The notes: a model not told the origin generated them from the sequence alone. A stretch of DNA of 64,000 nt from Octopus vulgaris (GCA_951406725.2 OX597831.1:12524001-12588000), one strand, 5' to 3'. Counted from the first letter of the stretch, positions 39,005-52,258 are shown. Translations and numbers: made by a program.

Positions 39005-40701
39005 GGCAGGGAGATTGCACTTGTGATTGTAGTAATTCGAAATAAGGAGTTATATAATAATTTTGTTACGGAGTAAGTAAACTTAGTGTTTATTATCTTC
39101 TCACTACATGGCCAGACGTTGATACAAAGTCAATGGGTGTGTGTAATGTGTGAGTACCCTACTCTTTTAAAAGACAGACACATAGGCTGTTGTGGTTCTT
39201 GGCTCAGAGAGCATGAGAACCAGATGGGATGGTCATAGCTAGAAGGCTTTGATTGAGCCGATCTCTTGGCAGGTGGTTAAACAACAAGAGTTACAATGTT
39301 GTGTATATGTATTTGCTATAACTCCTCTAGCTCTAAAGTGATACCACATGTTTTGCTTGTTTATTCTCTATTTGTAAGATATATACATATTGATACACAC
39401 ACACAAACACCCCCACACACATTCATATTGTATTAGCAAACCATTATTTTTATGATAATATGTTAGCACTAGAAAGTAATTAACCTTGTTCTTATTTTAA
39501 AAATCAAGGGAAAATTTTGAATAAATTTAAAACCTCAGAAAAAAAGAGGGATCTATATACCTGCAAGGCTATATTACAAAATTAAGATTATTGTATAGAG
39601 AAGAATAAGTATAGCTTTTGCTACTATGAGGTGATAATAGTTCTTAACTGACAAACTGTGAAGGAGCTCTGTAGACAATACCCCATGTACACTGAATTGC
39701 TACTGAGCTGTTGATGAATTTTAGCCTGAAGTTCTGCCCCTAATTGGGAAGATTGAGTAATCACACAAACAATCCGCTGTCGGCTCATCAACTACTGAAT
39801 AGGAAAAACAAATGCATTTTCAGTTTATACAGACTGCATGTCCATGTAAGCAGATGAACCAATAAAGGGCTTTACGAATTTCCTTGACATGCTGGAAATA
39901 GTAGTCAAATATCTTTCAAATTGCACTCAGTAGGGTTGCCATTGGTCAATGTTGACCATGCAACTGGCAAGAATTTTTTGAAAAAGACTAGCAATTGCCC
40001 ATGTAGACAAATCTCCACTGTCCATATCATTGATATTTATTTGATACAGCTTAGCATTAATGTCATGGCAGGTATTCCTATCAGAACTTAGTAAGCGTGA
40101 AAAAGCACCACAAGGCATCTCACATGATCCTTTAATAGTTCAATCAATACACCACCCAAGTTTCAATGAAAGAGTGAAAGGTTAAGTTGATCTCAATCAG
40201 ATTTGAATTTGGAGCATACCTAATCAGAACAAAAACTGTTAGGAATTCCATCCAATACTCCAACAGCTCTGCCAATTTGCTGCCTTTGCAAATAAATACA
40301 GACGAATATATTGGGAAATGTAGTCTCTAATATTTAAAATCACAAGATGGTTAAAGCCAGAATACTTTCAATCATAGGTCTGTATCATCACATCTGACCA
40401 GGAGCTAAACACAACCAACAACAAAAATAATAGTGTAGCAGCAACATCAGCAGTAACAACAGATGCAGGCATACATCATTAAGAACAGAAATTACAGGTG
40501 TAAACAAAATGGACTACTAACTGATGATTCATTAAAATTATATTGTATATAATTTGGAACTTCTAATTGGTTAGGCAAATGTTTGTAGGGTATCTCAAAA
40601 GTTTGTGACTGGAAAGTGTTTAATTGAATTGACTGTTAATAAGTTTGTGATGTATTGAAGATTTGAGTAAAATGCTTACAACAGAGTAGATTCCACTAAA
40701 G

Positions 40702-41078
40702 CAAGGGGGGGGGGACATCCGCCCGTGATCACAAATGCACCCACGAGTCCATTTTATTGCACTTGCAGGTTGGTATACTCATATGTACAGAAGATAGAAA
40801 ATTCTTCAATTATAAAATTTATGCAATATTTATATGCCTATTTGTGACATAAAGAATACCTCATAAGTAATACAAATGTCCTAAATTCAGTGCTGGTGTT
40901 AATGAAGATGTTACGTGTTAATTTAATGTGTTAAACTAATCTTTATTATTGTATATTGAATTAAACACAGATATATACAAGATTTACACAAATATAAGAG
41001 TTAGAACTTGTGATCTGCCTGCAGACCTTTATCTTTGGAAATTTTTGCCAGCTGCACTAAAAAGTTTCCCCACCCCTG
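40702..41078. mobile_element. hAT (Charlie-type) non-autonomous element, 377 bp
   Basis: Perfect 8-bp TSD cactaaag at 40694-40701 and 41079-41086; ends caaggggggggggg.. / ..tttccccacccctg. Confidence 0.88.
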
Positions 41079-41699
41079 CACTAAAGAGTCCAGGTCCTCT
41101 TGCTAAACAAGTGACTTATTTTAAAGCCTACCACTAATAAGCCAGAATGATCTTTCCAGTGCATGTATGCACATTTTCCATCTAGCAAATTTCAATGATT
41201 TGCAAAGGTATTGATCAACCCAAGGTTGTGATAGAGACTTAACCAAACCACAGAAGAATGTAGATGGGAAGCAAACACATGTAACTACACAACTACATCT
41301 ACAGCCACTTTATTGAATCTCTCCATTTCTTGACTATTTTTAAAGTTTATTAAAGCAATGAGTAAATAAATGAATGAATAAATATACAAAGATATGTTGA
41401 TCTGCTAAATCATTTTTAAGCATGAAAGAATATGAAATATCTCTGATGATATTTGGGTGGTGTATGCAGCACTTAAACTGATTATACCTATTTCAATAAT
41501 TAGCTAAGTATTTTATCTTTGTAGTAATCATTTCTCTCTGTATTAACGAGGGAATGGAGTTTTTAATATAATAACAAACGTGTTACCATTTATCTAAATA
41601 ACATAATGAAACTTACTTAATTAATAAATATTCCTTGTTAAATTGGCTAGAAAGATACAGCAAAGAGTTACTTATACTGTGAGCCAGCAAGAGAAAATT

Positions 41700-41880
41700 T
41701 ACTTGAACCTGCTAGAAATAGAGGCCAAATTTCTATCAGATCACACTCTACCATCTTAAGGACACATTGACCAATGCACACCTAGATATACTGTCTAACA
41801 ATAGATGGAATGGTCATAACTGGAATACCATTGATCATAGGTCTGTTTGATTAGGATCATCCCTGATTTAAGTAAACAGT
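41700..41880 (+). mobile_element. Family E: abundant old interspersed repeat with (CAA)n-like tail (probable SINE), representative copy
   Basis: Layout acctgctagaaatag..gccaaat..tcaca..ctaccatctta..ggacacattg..gatgg.atggtcat.gctggaat..tttgatcataggtctg..ggctaaacaacaac; other copies e.g. 24280-24495, 27600-27815(-), 27925-28085, 33600-33810(-), 44460-44670, 58375-58560. Confidence 0.75.
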
Positions 41881-42720
41881 AGCAGAATGTGTTCCACATT
41901 GTTAAGAAGAGATATAATTGATAGTTTTAACCAGAAGCATTTCTAAATGATGAGTTTTGTAAAAATTTTCCAGTTACTTAAGAAGAAAAGAAGAGCAGAA
42001 CAGCAAGAAACAAAGTTGTTAGCATTACATTAAAATAAAAAGCAAGAAACAAGCGAGATTTAACGAGCAGATTAAAATACTCATTAAAACACACTTTTAT
42101 CCAGTCTTTGCTTTCTATTACTTTGATAGGTTTAAGATTACTGGAATAAAACCAAAATCTTATAAATTATTCCAAATTTTAAATATATATGAAAATTAAA
42201 CTATGAACAAAAGTTAGTAATGGTGTCCAGAGATATAATAATCTGAAGATTGATATTGATTTAGCAAACAACAACAATAATAATAGTCATCAACATTTTA
42301 TGTCTACTTTTCCATGCTTGCATGGGTTGGACAGAATTCATTGACGCATACTTTCTATGGCCAGATGTCCTTCCGGTTCCTGTTTCCAAGTAAAGTAGTA
42401 CTGGTTTCAAATTTTGGTAGCAGCTTTGAGGGAGGGAGAAGTCAATTACCTTGACTGCAGTGTTCAACTGGTGCTTATTTTATTGTTGCCAAAAGGATGA
42501 AAGGCAAAGTCACCCATGACAGAATTGAACTCATAATGTTAAGAGAGGCAAAATGCTACTAAGAATTTCGCCTGGCATGGTTACAATTCATCATCTTTCT
42601 AAATAAAGGTAGGCTTTTCCCAGGAGACTAGAAATGAAGACTGTTGCTTGTATGATAGTGATGCTTGTTTAATGGCATCACACAAGGTCAAGACAAGGCG
42701 AAACAAACAACTCCACCCCA

Positions 42721-42762
<42 letters not shown>

Positions 42763-42765
<3 letters not shown>

Positions 42766-43001
42766 ATAAGATTTAGTTGAATTAGGTACTTAAGTTGAGG
42801 TACCAAGTCTGCCCAGTATTGTCCACACAGCTTGAAGTTATATAATGGAGAATCCTGTATGTTGAAAATCTATATGGTCGAATGTGTCTGAGGAGATCTG
42901 TTTATTTCAAATTGATGTAATGTTTGCATTGATCGATTAAATGGTGTCCCTTGAAACGGCAGTAATGCACTGATACTGGGAAATCCTTGTTACTTATTTA
43001 C
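42763..43001 (+). mobile_element. Penelope-like terminal remnant inserted in (TA)n
   Basis: Bounded by (TA)n on both sides; contains a hammerhead-like motif and a short inverted pair cccagtat / atactggg. Confidence 0.55.
42883..42970 (+). ncRNA. Minimal type-I hammerhead ribozyme-like motif with 58-nt stem II
   Basis: tgtgt-CTGAGGA (42888)-...attgatgtaa/ttgcattgat hairpin...-GAAAC (42953)-ggca-GTA-atgca; stem I 5 bp with two G-U pairs. Confidence 0.6.
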
Positions 43002-43257
43002 TATATATATATATATAGCATGGAGAACGGACGCTAAATGATGATGATGAAAATGATGATGATATTGAAGGATTAAAATTGATTTTAATCCTTCAGCTAT
43101 TTATCGTTTTCCTTGATCCTGCAACCACCTATATTATTGATTCTGTTATTATCATTTTTGAATTGTTACACTAGATAATAATAGAGTCAATTATATCTTC
43201 ATAAATTAATTTTTTCTGAATTATTTTTCTCATGAATTATTTGCTCTATACTGAAAT

Positions 43258-43291
<34 letters not shown>

Positions 43292-44249
43292 CGATGGGAT
43301 TCTTCAGTTTTTGCCTACTAAATACAGTCACAAGATTGGTTGACCTGAGGCCATACAAGAGGACAGTTGCCTAAGGTGACAACACAATGGGACTCAACCT
43401 GAAACCATGTGGTTATGTGGCAAACTTCTTAACTGTACAGACTTGCCTGATCCTAACAAAAAAGTACAATCAACCATTCTAATCATTTCTTGTTCAGTTT
43501 CAGTCAATGAAATTTGATTGCTCATGAGATTATAATTGATATTTTTTTTATTTCTAAATATCTAATTTATCTTTATGTAAAAATAATGACAAACTCATAG
43601 AATATTCATATATTATTTGACACACTGTATATCTTGGCAAGATATACATTATCTTGGCATTTATTACCATGGACTTTTTAGCATCTGTTTCTCAATTCCA
43701 TTATACTGTGTCAGACAGAAATATGTGCCCATTAAAAGTGTGAGTGTGTGTGTGTGCACGTGCACATGCGTGCATGCGTGTGTATGTGTGAGAGAATTTA
43801 TATACTACTCAAGTAAATCATCAGAAGCTGGTAAAGTCATTCAGTCTTAAACTGCTCAATCAGTTAACTGCATGCAGTGCTCTTAAAACTTGTGATTTCT
43901 GGCCAGTCAAACTCCATTTGAAGTCACCTATACTACTTATGAAATATTGGGACAATGCCATGACTATTTTCAAGCATACTTTCTTGATCTATATTACCAA
44001 AAGTACATCATTAACAGGAATTTTAAATCAGATCTTAATTTTAATCAATACATTATACAAACTTTTCAAAATTCTTATGCATGCATAATGTTCCTGTTGT
44101 TACCTGCACTAATTCATTAATTAAATATTCACCAGAGCCAATCGTATATTCAGCATATAATCAATGTGTATAGATTTCTGAACACCATAATCTATACATT
44201 TCAATTACTGACATGTTGTTATAGATTAAATTTACTCATTTCCATCCTG

Positions 44250-44395
44250 ATTAATATTCGGAGATCTTCAACTTTCTTCAACATCAGTCAATAGAGAAAC
44301 CTCAATAGTTTTTCCATTTTCTTTTTTTATTATCTTGGGCAAAGTCCAGGGCCTATACTTTTAACAAGGCTACCAATGAAAGGGAGGAAAGTAAG
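44250..44395. repeat. Partial repeat, partner of 45345-45500 (probable MITE halves)
   Basis: aaagtccag.gcctatact.ttaaca is direct at 44341 and 45353, while cttcaacatcagtcaatagagaaacct..tttttccatttt is inverted with 45420-45470. Confidence 0.65.
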
Positions 44396-44875
44396 GAGAT
44401 GTCATTAAACTGGCCTGAATGCTTGCAACAGAGTGGAATCTATCAAAAATCACCCAAAGTATGGTTTAACCTAATGGAAACAGCAACAAAATCTCCCTCG
44501 TATCACACCTTAGAATCTTGAATAAAAAAACTGGAAGCATATACTGGATAATTAAGTCCTTCCTATGCACTAAATCTAATAAAAAAAAACAACAAAAAAT
44601 GACAGAGTGGTTGCAACTAGAATGTCTTTGATCTGCTCAATCAGGGCTGAATTGTGGTTAAACAGCAAAAAGTAACAACCATCATCAACAAGTGAAGTTC
44701 GTGATCTGACATTCTGACTCTGACACTTCAATCTGCAATAAATGACATGAATAAACTAAACTTTTCCTGCCTACAGCTGACTTTACAATCATTAATATTA
44801 TATATTGCAACTTAATATGTAAAATACTGGTTTCCAACTGGATAAAATGTCCACATAAAAAGCATAATAGGGTGA

Positions 44876-45093
44876 TTAACCTTTTAACTACCATATTTCT
44901 TTTGAAATACACAGCCTTTGTTTTAAATAATTTTGAAAATAAAGAATAATTTAATAAAATATTAAGCTAAAGTTAGGAAATTAAATTAACATGAAAATTT
45001 AATTGAAGTTTTTAACTTAGATCACATTAAAAACAGGACTTTGATCATAGAAACATGGAGTAGTCTCAATCAGATTGGTAGCAAAAGGGTTAA
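44876..45093. mobile_element. piggyBac-type MITE (TTAA ends)
   Basis: ttaaccttttaactacca ... tggtagcaaaagggttaa; relatives at 11108, 45630-45837 and 51630-51915. Confidence 0.8.
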
Positions 45094-45209
45094 ACTACAC
45101 ACAAACGTTAGCAGCAGGAAGGGTGCTTGTCAGTGAAAACCCATATTTGTAATCTTTCAATGTTTCAAGCAACCTTTACTTGAAAAACAAAAGTAAACTG
45201 TTTTTGCAT

Positions 45210-45340
45210 TTAATGGACCGAACTGAACCATAACTAATCTGCACATCTTCTGATAACTTACGGAGGATGATTCAACGATTTCTCCTCACAGCTGCATGCA
45301 CATCTGCGATGTTTTTCTCAGTTCTACTAGTTGTGGGTCT
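45210..45340 (-). mobile_element. Orphan internal fragment of the neighbouring mariner, inverted
   Basis: Reverse complement of ~46230-46361 (caaccagtagaactgagaaaaacatcgca...ggttcagttcggtccatta). Confidence 0.85.
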
Positions 45341-45879
45341 TTCAGTAGGAAGAAAGTCCAGTGCCTATACTCTTAACAGGGCCTCCAAGACTTGTGGAAG
45401 GGAGGGTAAAAGATTTTTTTAAAAAATGGAAAAAGTATCAAGGCTTCTCTATTGAGTGATATTGAAGATGGTCGTTGACAGTTGTTACATCTCCAAATAT
45501 ATGTAAAATGTAGAAATTATTAAAATGTCCTCGATGTACTACACTTGAAAAAACACAACTATAATGCTGCTAGGTTGACTTAGAGTTAAACAGACACAGA
45601 ACTAAATAATTTTTTTAAAAATTACTCCACTCCAATACTATCTTCTTTGACACCTACCTGCACGAAACTGCACCTGATGCTCTGATACAAACTCTCTTAA
45701 TTAAAACCTCTCATCAGAATTTCATGCCAATTTATGCTTCCAACACCTGCTTAATAATACCCAAGTTATTTTAATAGGTTCTGCATTATTTTCAAAATTA
45801 AAACAAAGACAATGTATTTCAACAGATAAAGGGTTAAATACAAAGAAGTGTTATGCTGGGTAATGTACCCTTAGATATA

Positions 45880-46759
45880 TAAGGTCTCATCAATAAGTAT
45901 CTGGACTGTTGCCATAGTAATGAAGCTAAAGCATGCAGAGTGAAGCTGCTTGGCAAAGATTGACCAGGAACTCTGCTGTGCCTGCACACTAAGTTTTAAT
46001 GCTCTAGCTCACTTCTGCTGTTTACAGCAGTGCTTGCAAGGAAGGTGTGTAGCATGTGATCATCACATTGATCATAACAGAGAAAGTTGTCATGGTGATA
46101 CCTGCTGAGAGGCCAAAGCAAAGTTGCAGAAAATGTATGGAGAGAAATATATGAGCCACACACAAGTGTACAAGTGGTTCTGATGTTTCCAAGACGGCCA
46201 AAAAAATGTCGATATTAATGAATGTTTGGAGATACTCACAACCAGTAGAACTGAGAAAAACATCGCAAATGTGCATGCTGCTGTGGGGAGAAATCATTGA
46301 ATCACCATCCGTAAGTTATCAGAGGATGTGCAGATTAGTTATGGTTCAGTTCGGTCCATTATCACTGAAGATTTGGGTATGAGATGTCTGCAAAGTTTGT
46401 GCCAAAACTGGTTTCAGTTAAGCAAAAGACACTCGGGTTTCAGTTGCACAAGACCTCCTTGATTGTGTTGAGAACAATGAAAACTTTTTGAAATCTTTGT
46501 GTAAGCCTCTGAGCAGGTATCGCCAAGCTTTTGTTGCAGAGTCTCTGCTCAACTTTCTCTGTCATGGCCAGTGTGATGATCACATACTACACACCTTCCT
46601 TCCAAGCACTGCTGTAAAGAGTGGAAGTGAGCTAGAATGTTAAAACTTAGTGTGCATGCCCAGCAGAGTTCAAGGTGAATCTGTGTCAAGCAGCTTCAAT
46701 CTGTGTGTTTTAGCTTCGTTACTATGGCAACAGTCCGGATAGTTACTGATCAGACCACG
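45880..46759 (+). mobile_element. Non-autonomous mariner derivative with very long (~210-260 bp) inverted ends
   Basis: taaggtctcatcaataagtatctggactgttgccatagtaa... vs ...ttactatggcaacagtccggatagttactgatcagaccacg with TA flanks; interior is a decayed mariner N-terminus (MSHTQVYKWF, TSRTEKNIANVHAAV, ITIRKLSEDVQISYGSVRSIITEDLGMR, AKFVPKL); inserted in a family E repeat. Confidence 0.92.
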
Positions 46760-49700
46760 TACTATGTCCAAAAAGAAGAGATAGTCATGACTGGAATGGC
46801 TTTGAAAAAAAAAACTCTGCTGGATTGGAATTAGTTAGGGCCAAACAACAAAATCAACCATCTCATAATTATGAGAATTATCAGGACTATTACAATCTGA
46901 GATGCTGAGAAATTTAATAATTAGATCCATTGACATTTGTTATCATAAGTACATAAGGTAACCATTTTCTTAGTAATCTCTATAAGTACCTTACTAACTT
47001 CCAAAAAGTTTTAATTCATTAATGAGCCTTTATATAAACTGGACAGTACTGACAAATATTATTATATTCTTTCCCACACTGAAAGTAACAAGAAAGATAG
47101 ATTCCAGTTGGAAATTAATAGATTTGAATATTTTATTGCCGTAATAAGATTTCAGAAACATTCCAAGACTCCCAGATGTGACCAAATTTATTGGTTTTCG
47201 TTTAATGTCACATTTACCCAGCTTTGAATACATGCTAAACCAACAAGTTAATAGATTATCATTTTAACGGTGATGACGATAAATGGTACGAAGAGCTTTT
47301 CCATATTCCTCAAGCAAATTCTGAAAATGAATAGCGCTCAGAAAAGGATTACAATTCTTAGATTTCAGAAGTAATTGCAAATGAACAATAACTTGACAGA
47401 GTGGATTTAAGTAATTTCTAAATAACTGACCAATGTTTAAGAATTAAATTTTCGAAAATTCTCTAATGGTATTGTGCATTATTAATTTCACCGCTATTTC
47501 TATTCAGATCAATATTTAGTAATATAGATAAATGGTCTTTCACAGATAATTTAGCTTCCCCTTTAGCTCACATTAACTCAAACTACCTCATTAGATTTGG
47601 AGCAACATTTAGTTTTACAAATGAAACAAGATTGATACAAATGAAGATGCATTGTATTGGCATGGCAAAATCACAGCTGCCGGCACCAATAATGCTAATA
47701 ATGACAATGATGCAGTTTTAAACTGTTTTTCTGATTCTGGTCCAAAGGATACCCATTGCCATTTCAACATGCACAAGGCAGATCTACTATGGAATTGCCA
47801 AAAGTGTTACAACAATTTGGATCCCTTACAAATTATTTAGTTTCTATTTTTGTTTAATTGAAGGTCAAATTATTTTTCTTCTCCCCATTCTTAAATCAAT
47901 ATCATAACCAATAACGTCTTCTGGCAAAGTGACAAACTCGCACTTTAGAGTACTTTTTATTTTATCCATTCCCACCTTTGTTTACAAGTTTTTAAAATCC
48001 TCTCAAAGAAACTGAGCAAAATCTCTTAATTCCTATACCATATTTTCCCCTTTGTTATTACTCAACAGAAATATTTTCTTCAAATGGTTCTTCATCAGAA
48101 AAACCAAGTAGTTATTGTCTGGAGAACTTGATCAAACTATTGAAAGTATTTAAAAGAAAAAGATTAAATCTTTAGAAATCTATAAATATTTTATTATTTT
48201 TAGATCTTGACCTCAATGATTATTCCAGGAAATAGAAAGGAAATAGAATTCTTCACTAAATCACATTTTGAACATTAAACGCTTGGTATTCAGAGCACAG
48301 AAATGTAAGCCCAATGTGAGACATAAAGTCTCAATAGTTAACCGTACAAAACTGCAAACTGGACTTACCTAATGCAAAAGGGAGGATGAAGTTAATTCCG
48401 GTTGCAAATGAAGACCAAATTTGCATATTATAAAATAGGTTTATGGATTAAGCTTGAACAGTATAAGTGGGCAGATATGTGCACGTGCACAAACATACAG
48501 TTTGATGCAATCAAACTCCAATGCATGCACAGAATCACTTAATATTATTATCTGAAAACTATGCAAAAAATGTAAAGCAAAATATAAATAGTCATGATCA
48601 GTCCTGAAGTTTCAATAAACTGATATTATTTCAAAGTTTGCATCTATAAATCTTGCTAAATAAACGAAATAGTTATATCCATATGGATATCATATGGAGT
48701 CCTATCCATATGGGTATGGATTTAATCTTACTGTTTAATTAGACTCTATGAGGATCTTTTGAGCAACTTTGGAAAGGAGTGGCACCACCTGGTTTTGTTT
48801 ACATTTAACAGTTTGTGACAACACTCTTTCCCAATCTTTCATGGATATAAACTAATTAAAATGCAAACAAAACTTTTGATGAACATAACTCATTTACATA
48901 ATGGTACAAAGTGATGACTTAATATACTATCACATCTGATTCATTTATATACCATACTGGACAATTGATGCTTGCATATTAAGGTGCAGGCATAGCTGTG
49001 AAGGTACAGGCGTGGCAGTGTGGTAAGAAGTTTCGTTCCCAATCACATGGTTGTGGGTTCAGGTCCACTGGGTGGCATCTTGGGCAAGTATCTTTGACTA
49101 TAGCCTAAAATGGTTAAACAAAGCCTTGTGAGTGGATTTGGTAAACAGAAAGTGAATGATACGCATCATGTATTTCTGTTTGTGTATGTGGGGGGTATAT
49201 GCATTTGTGTATCCTTATCTTGGCAATGTATGATAGTTGTAAATGATTGTCCCCTTCATACACATAGTGTTGTTGGTTTCCAATCTTCTATTAAAACATA
49301 GCAGGCTATAAGAAATAGGAAATATTGCCTTGCTTTGAAAAAATAGATTAGCAACAGGAAGGACATCTGGCCACAGAAAATCTGCTTCAATAAACTGTCT
49401 GCCCATGCAAACACTTAAAGTGGATGTTAAAATGGATGCTGATATTAAACATATTGGCTTAAGTAGGATTTGTTAGAGCAAAATCTTCATAACTGAACAT
49501 GTGTTTTAACAGTGAAGATAATATCTATTCTTAGTTTTCTCTCATCACTACTTTCATTTCATCCCACTTTTGTAATTTGTAAAGAAAACCAAATGTTAGG
49601 TTAAATGGGGCAAGTGGAATTGTCTCAATGTGCGACAATAAGCCAATAAACCTATGAATATTGAGTCAAGTAACAGTAGCTCAAACACTTAAGCAACTTA

Positions 49701-49879
49701 TTTATATCTTAGTAGCCTAAGTATTCATAAAATAAAGTGATAAATTCATATATCTAACACAAGTATAGGTTACACCAGATATTTGTAAACAAATTTTACA
49801 GGCCATACATAAATGGAAGAAGATCTAACATAATGTTATGTGCCAAATTTTGACTTTCTCATTTGTTCTGAGACATACT

Positions 49880-50245
49880 GACAACATTAATATGGCAGAT
49901 TCCAATGGAACACAGGAAGTGAAAAGGCATCAAATGTTTGTGGTTGTAGCCACTAACTGTAGTGACATGGAGGTTGCCAGTTTCTTGAACATAGCTGAAT
50001 TCTTCTTGTTCAAGTTCAGGCAAGAGTTGAAGGCCTCTCTTGGGGATATATCATCCATGGGCAGGAAAAAGAAAGAGTCTCAGAAGACAGACGTTGTCAG
50101 ACAGTGGAGTTCATCTAACAGCCCTATTACATCATCAATGACTCCTGATGTCCTCAGTGGGTCAATGATGACTATTTCTGGGCAGCTTTCTGTTTCTGCT
50201 TTAAATATGGATGTGTGGAGCAAGTTTTACATAATGAGGAAACAC
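49880..50245 (+). pseudogene. Older Tc1/mariner transposase N-terminal fragment related to 1769-2110
   Basis: ADSNGTQEVKRH..SDMEVASFLNIAEFFLFKFRQELKASLGDIS aligns with ADPQLTQKMKRH..SDLEIPQFLKIARSFICRVCKVLETEVGNIS; KFYIMRK vs KSYMMRK. Confidence 0.8.
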
Positions 50246-52258
50246 ACAAAAGTCGATTCTGGAGCATTGTCAAGAGAGTATGACTCCACAATGTCTTGAA
50301 CTTATAGGGTCTAATGTTGTGGGCTTTATGTGTGGCCTGGATTGGTCTTACTGATCCTGGCATACAATTACTTCAGTAATCACACAGAGGTTGTTGATGG
50401 GGTTAAGAGCAATGTGTTCCATGGTCTGTTTTCTTGTTCTTTGAGGTATCTAGTAATGTGGTGTGTTTCTTTGGTGTATTTAATATTAATTGCAGTGTGT
50501 TGTTTTACTGGTAATAAATTTTGTTTATATTTTTGTTTGATGTTCTTGTTTATCTTTGTTTTGTTTTGTTGTCTAGTGATTCTGTATAACAGATGCCACT
50601 GAACAACAATTATAACTGATTATTTTGTATTTCTTACTTTTTTCTTATCTCAGAAAATTTTATTTAGGGACATAGTAATTATAAATATTCATGGGAATGT
50701 CTTTAAAACCAAATAATTTTCTTGTTAGTAACTGAAATATTGAAATTTGTAAAACAAACAGCAAAAAATGGTATTGCTTCTAATATCAAAATACTATTCT
50801 AATACCATCATAACCATACTAATAAGTAAGCCAATAACTTCTATCACATTGTCAAATGCAACATGGAGAAGAGATTTAATTGAAAACAAGTTTATATTTC
50901 ATATTAAAATTCAGTTTCATTTTGAATCTATTATATTTCAGATGATAAATTGGAAAGCAAATATGTTGGATCCATATTTAAAGCAGAAACAGAAAATGGA
51001 TATAAAAACCATTTCTAATAAACATCTAAAATTAAAGATTGGATATCATAAAAAAGGATAAAAAAAGGCCATGTCTTCCAAGGCATATTCTTCTACAGAT
51101 ATTTAATGGATATTTAAAATCGGTTTTATAACAACAATTTCAGTTAGATATTGTGTGTTATTTAATTTTTTTTAAACTTTTCAGATCAATAAACACTAGT
51201 AAAGAAATGTGGGTGTAATCAAAAGATAGTGCTGCATATATTGAATACAGAGTGTTCAGAGCAGTTTGTTATTTAGAAATTTGAAATATTTCTCCTATTG
51301 CATGATTAATTTTTAATTGGTAGTAATCAGTTAGTTAGTTAATTATGAGACAGTAATGATTATAGTTTATTTGGAAAACAAAATGGTGGAATTGATTAAA
51401 GTGATAACTTGTGCAGGAAAGATTGCACAGTAAAACATGAATTTACATAATTTTATCAAGTACAGTGTTATAAGTGGCACCATCAACATCATAATTCATT
51501 AACTTCTCTGTAGATTACTGAATCTATTTATTTTTATTAAGTTAAAATCAATAATTATACACTTGGTAAATAAAACTACATGAGCTAAAGACTGAACCGT
51601 AGAAGGGAAGAATATAGATGTTCAAATATATTTTCTTTGAAACCAGCCAGCCTATCACTGACCTCGGTTTTATGATTGATACTAACTTCCTGCTTTAAAG
51701 TGATCTAAATTAAAACTGTCCATCAAAATTCCATGTTTAATTATGTTTCAAACACCAGCAAAAATAATGACAAATTATTTTCCTAAATTCTTCATTGCCT
51801 TCAAAATTAACTGAAATATAGACAGAGATACAAAATCCCTGTTTTAAATTGTTCATATTTAAATTAAAACCTTTTAATCATAATCATATGCTAGAACCTT
51901 CTAAACTGCAGCTTAATCCTTTCTACTGGAAGCACAAATTTGGGGTAAGGGATTATGTTAATTACATCGACCCCAGTGCATAACTGGTACTTATTTAATC
52001 GACCCCAAAGGATGACAGGTAAAGTCAACCGTGGTGGAATTTGATCTCAGAACATAGCAGCAGATGAAATACCGCCAAGCATTTCACCTGGCATGTTAAT
52101 CATTCTGTGTTACACTGAATCTCCCTGACAACTACATTAAGGTTGCACGTGTCTGTGAAGTGCTCAGCCATATGCATGTTAATTTCTCGAGCAGGCTGTT
52201 CCATTGATTGGATCGACTGGAACTCTCAACGCTGTAACTAACAGAGAGAATTGTATGT

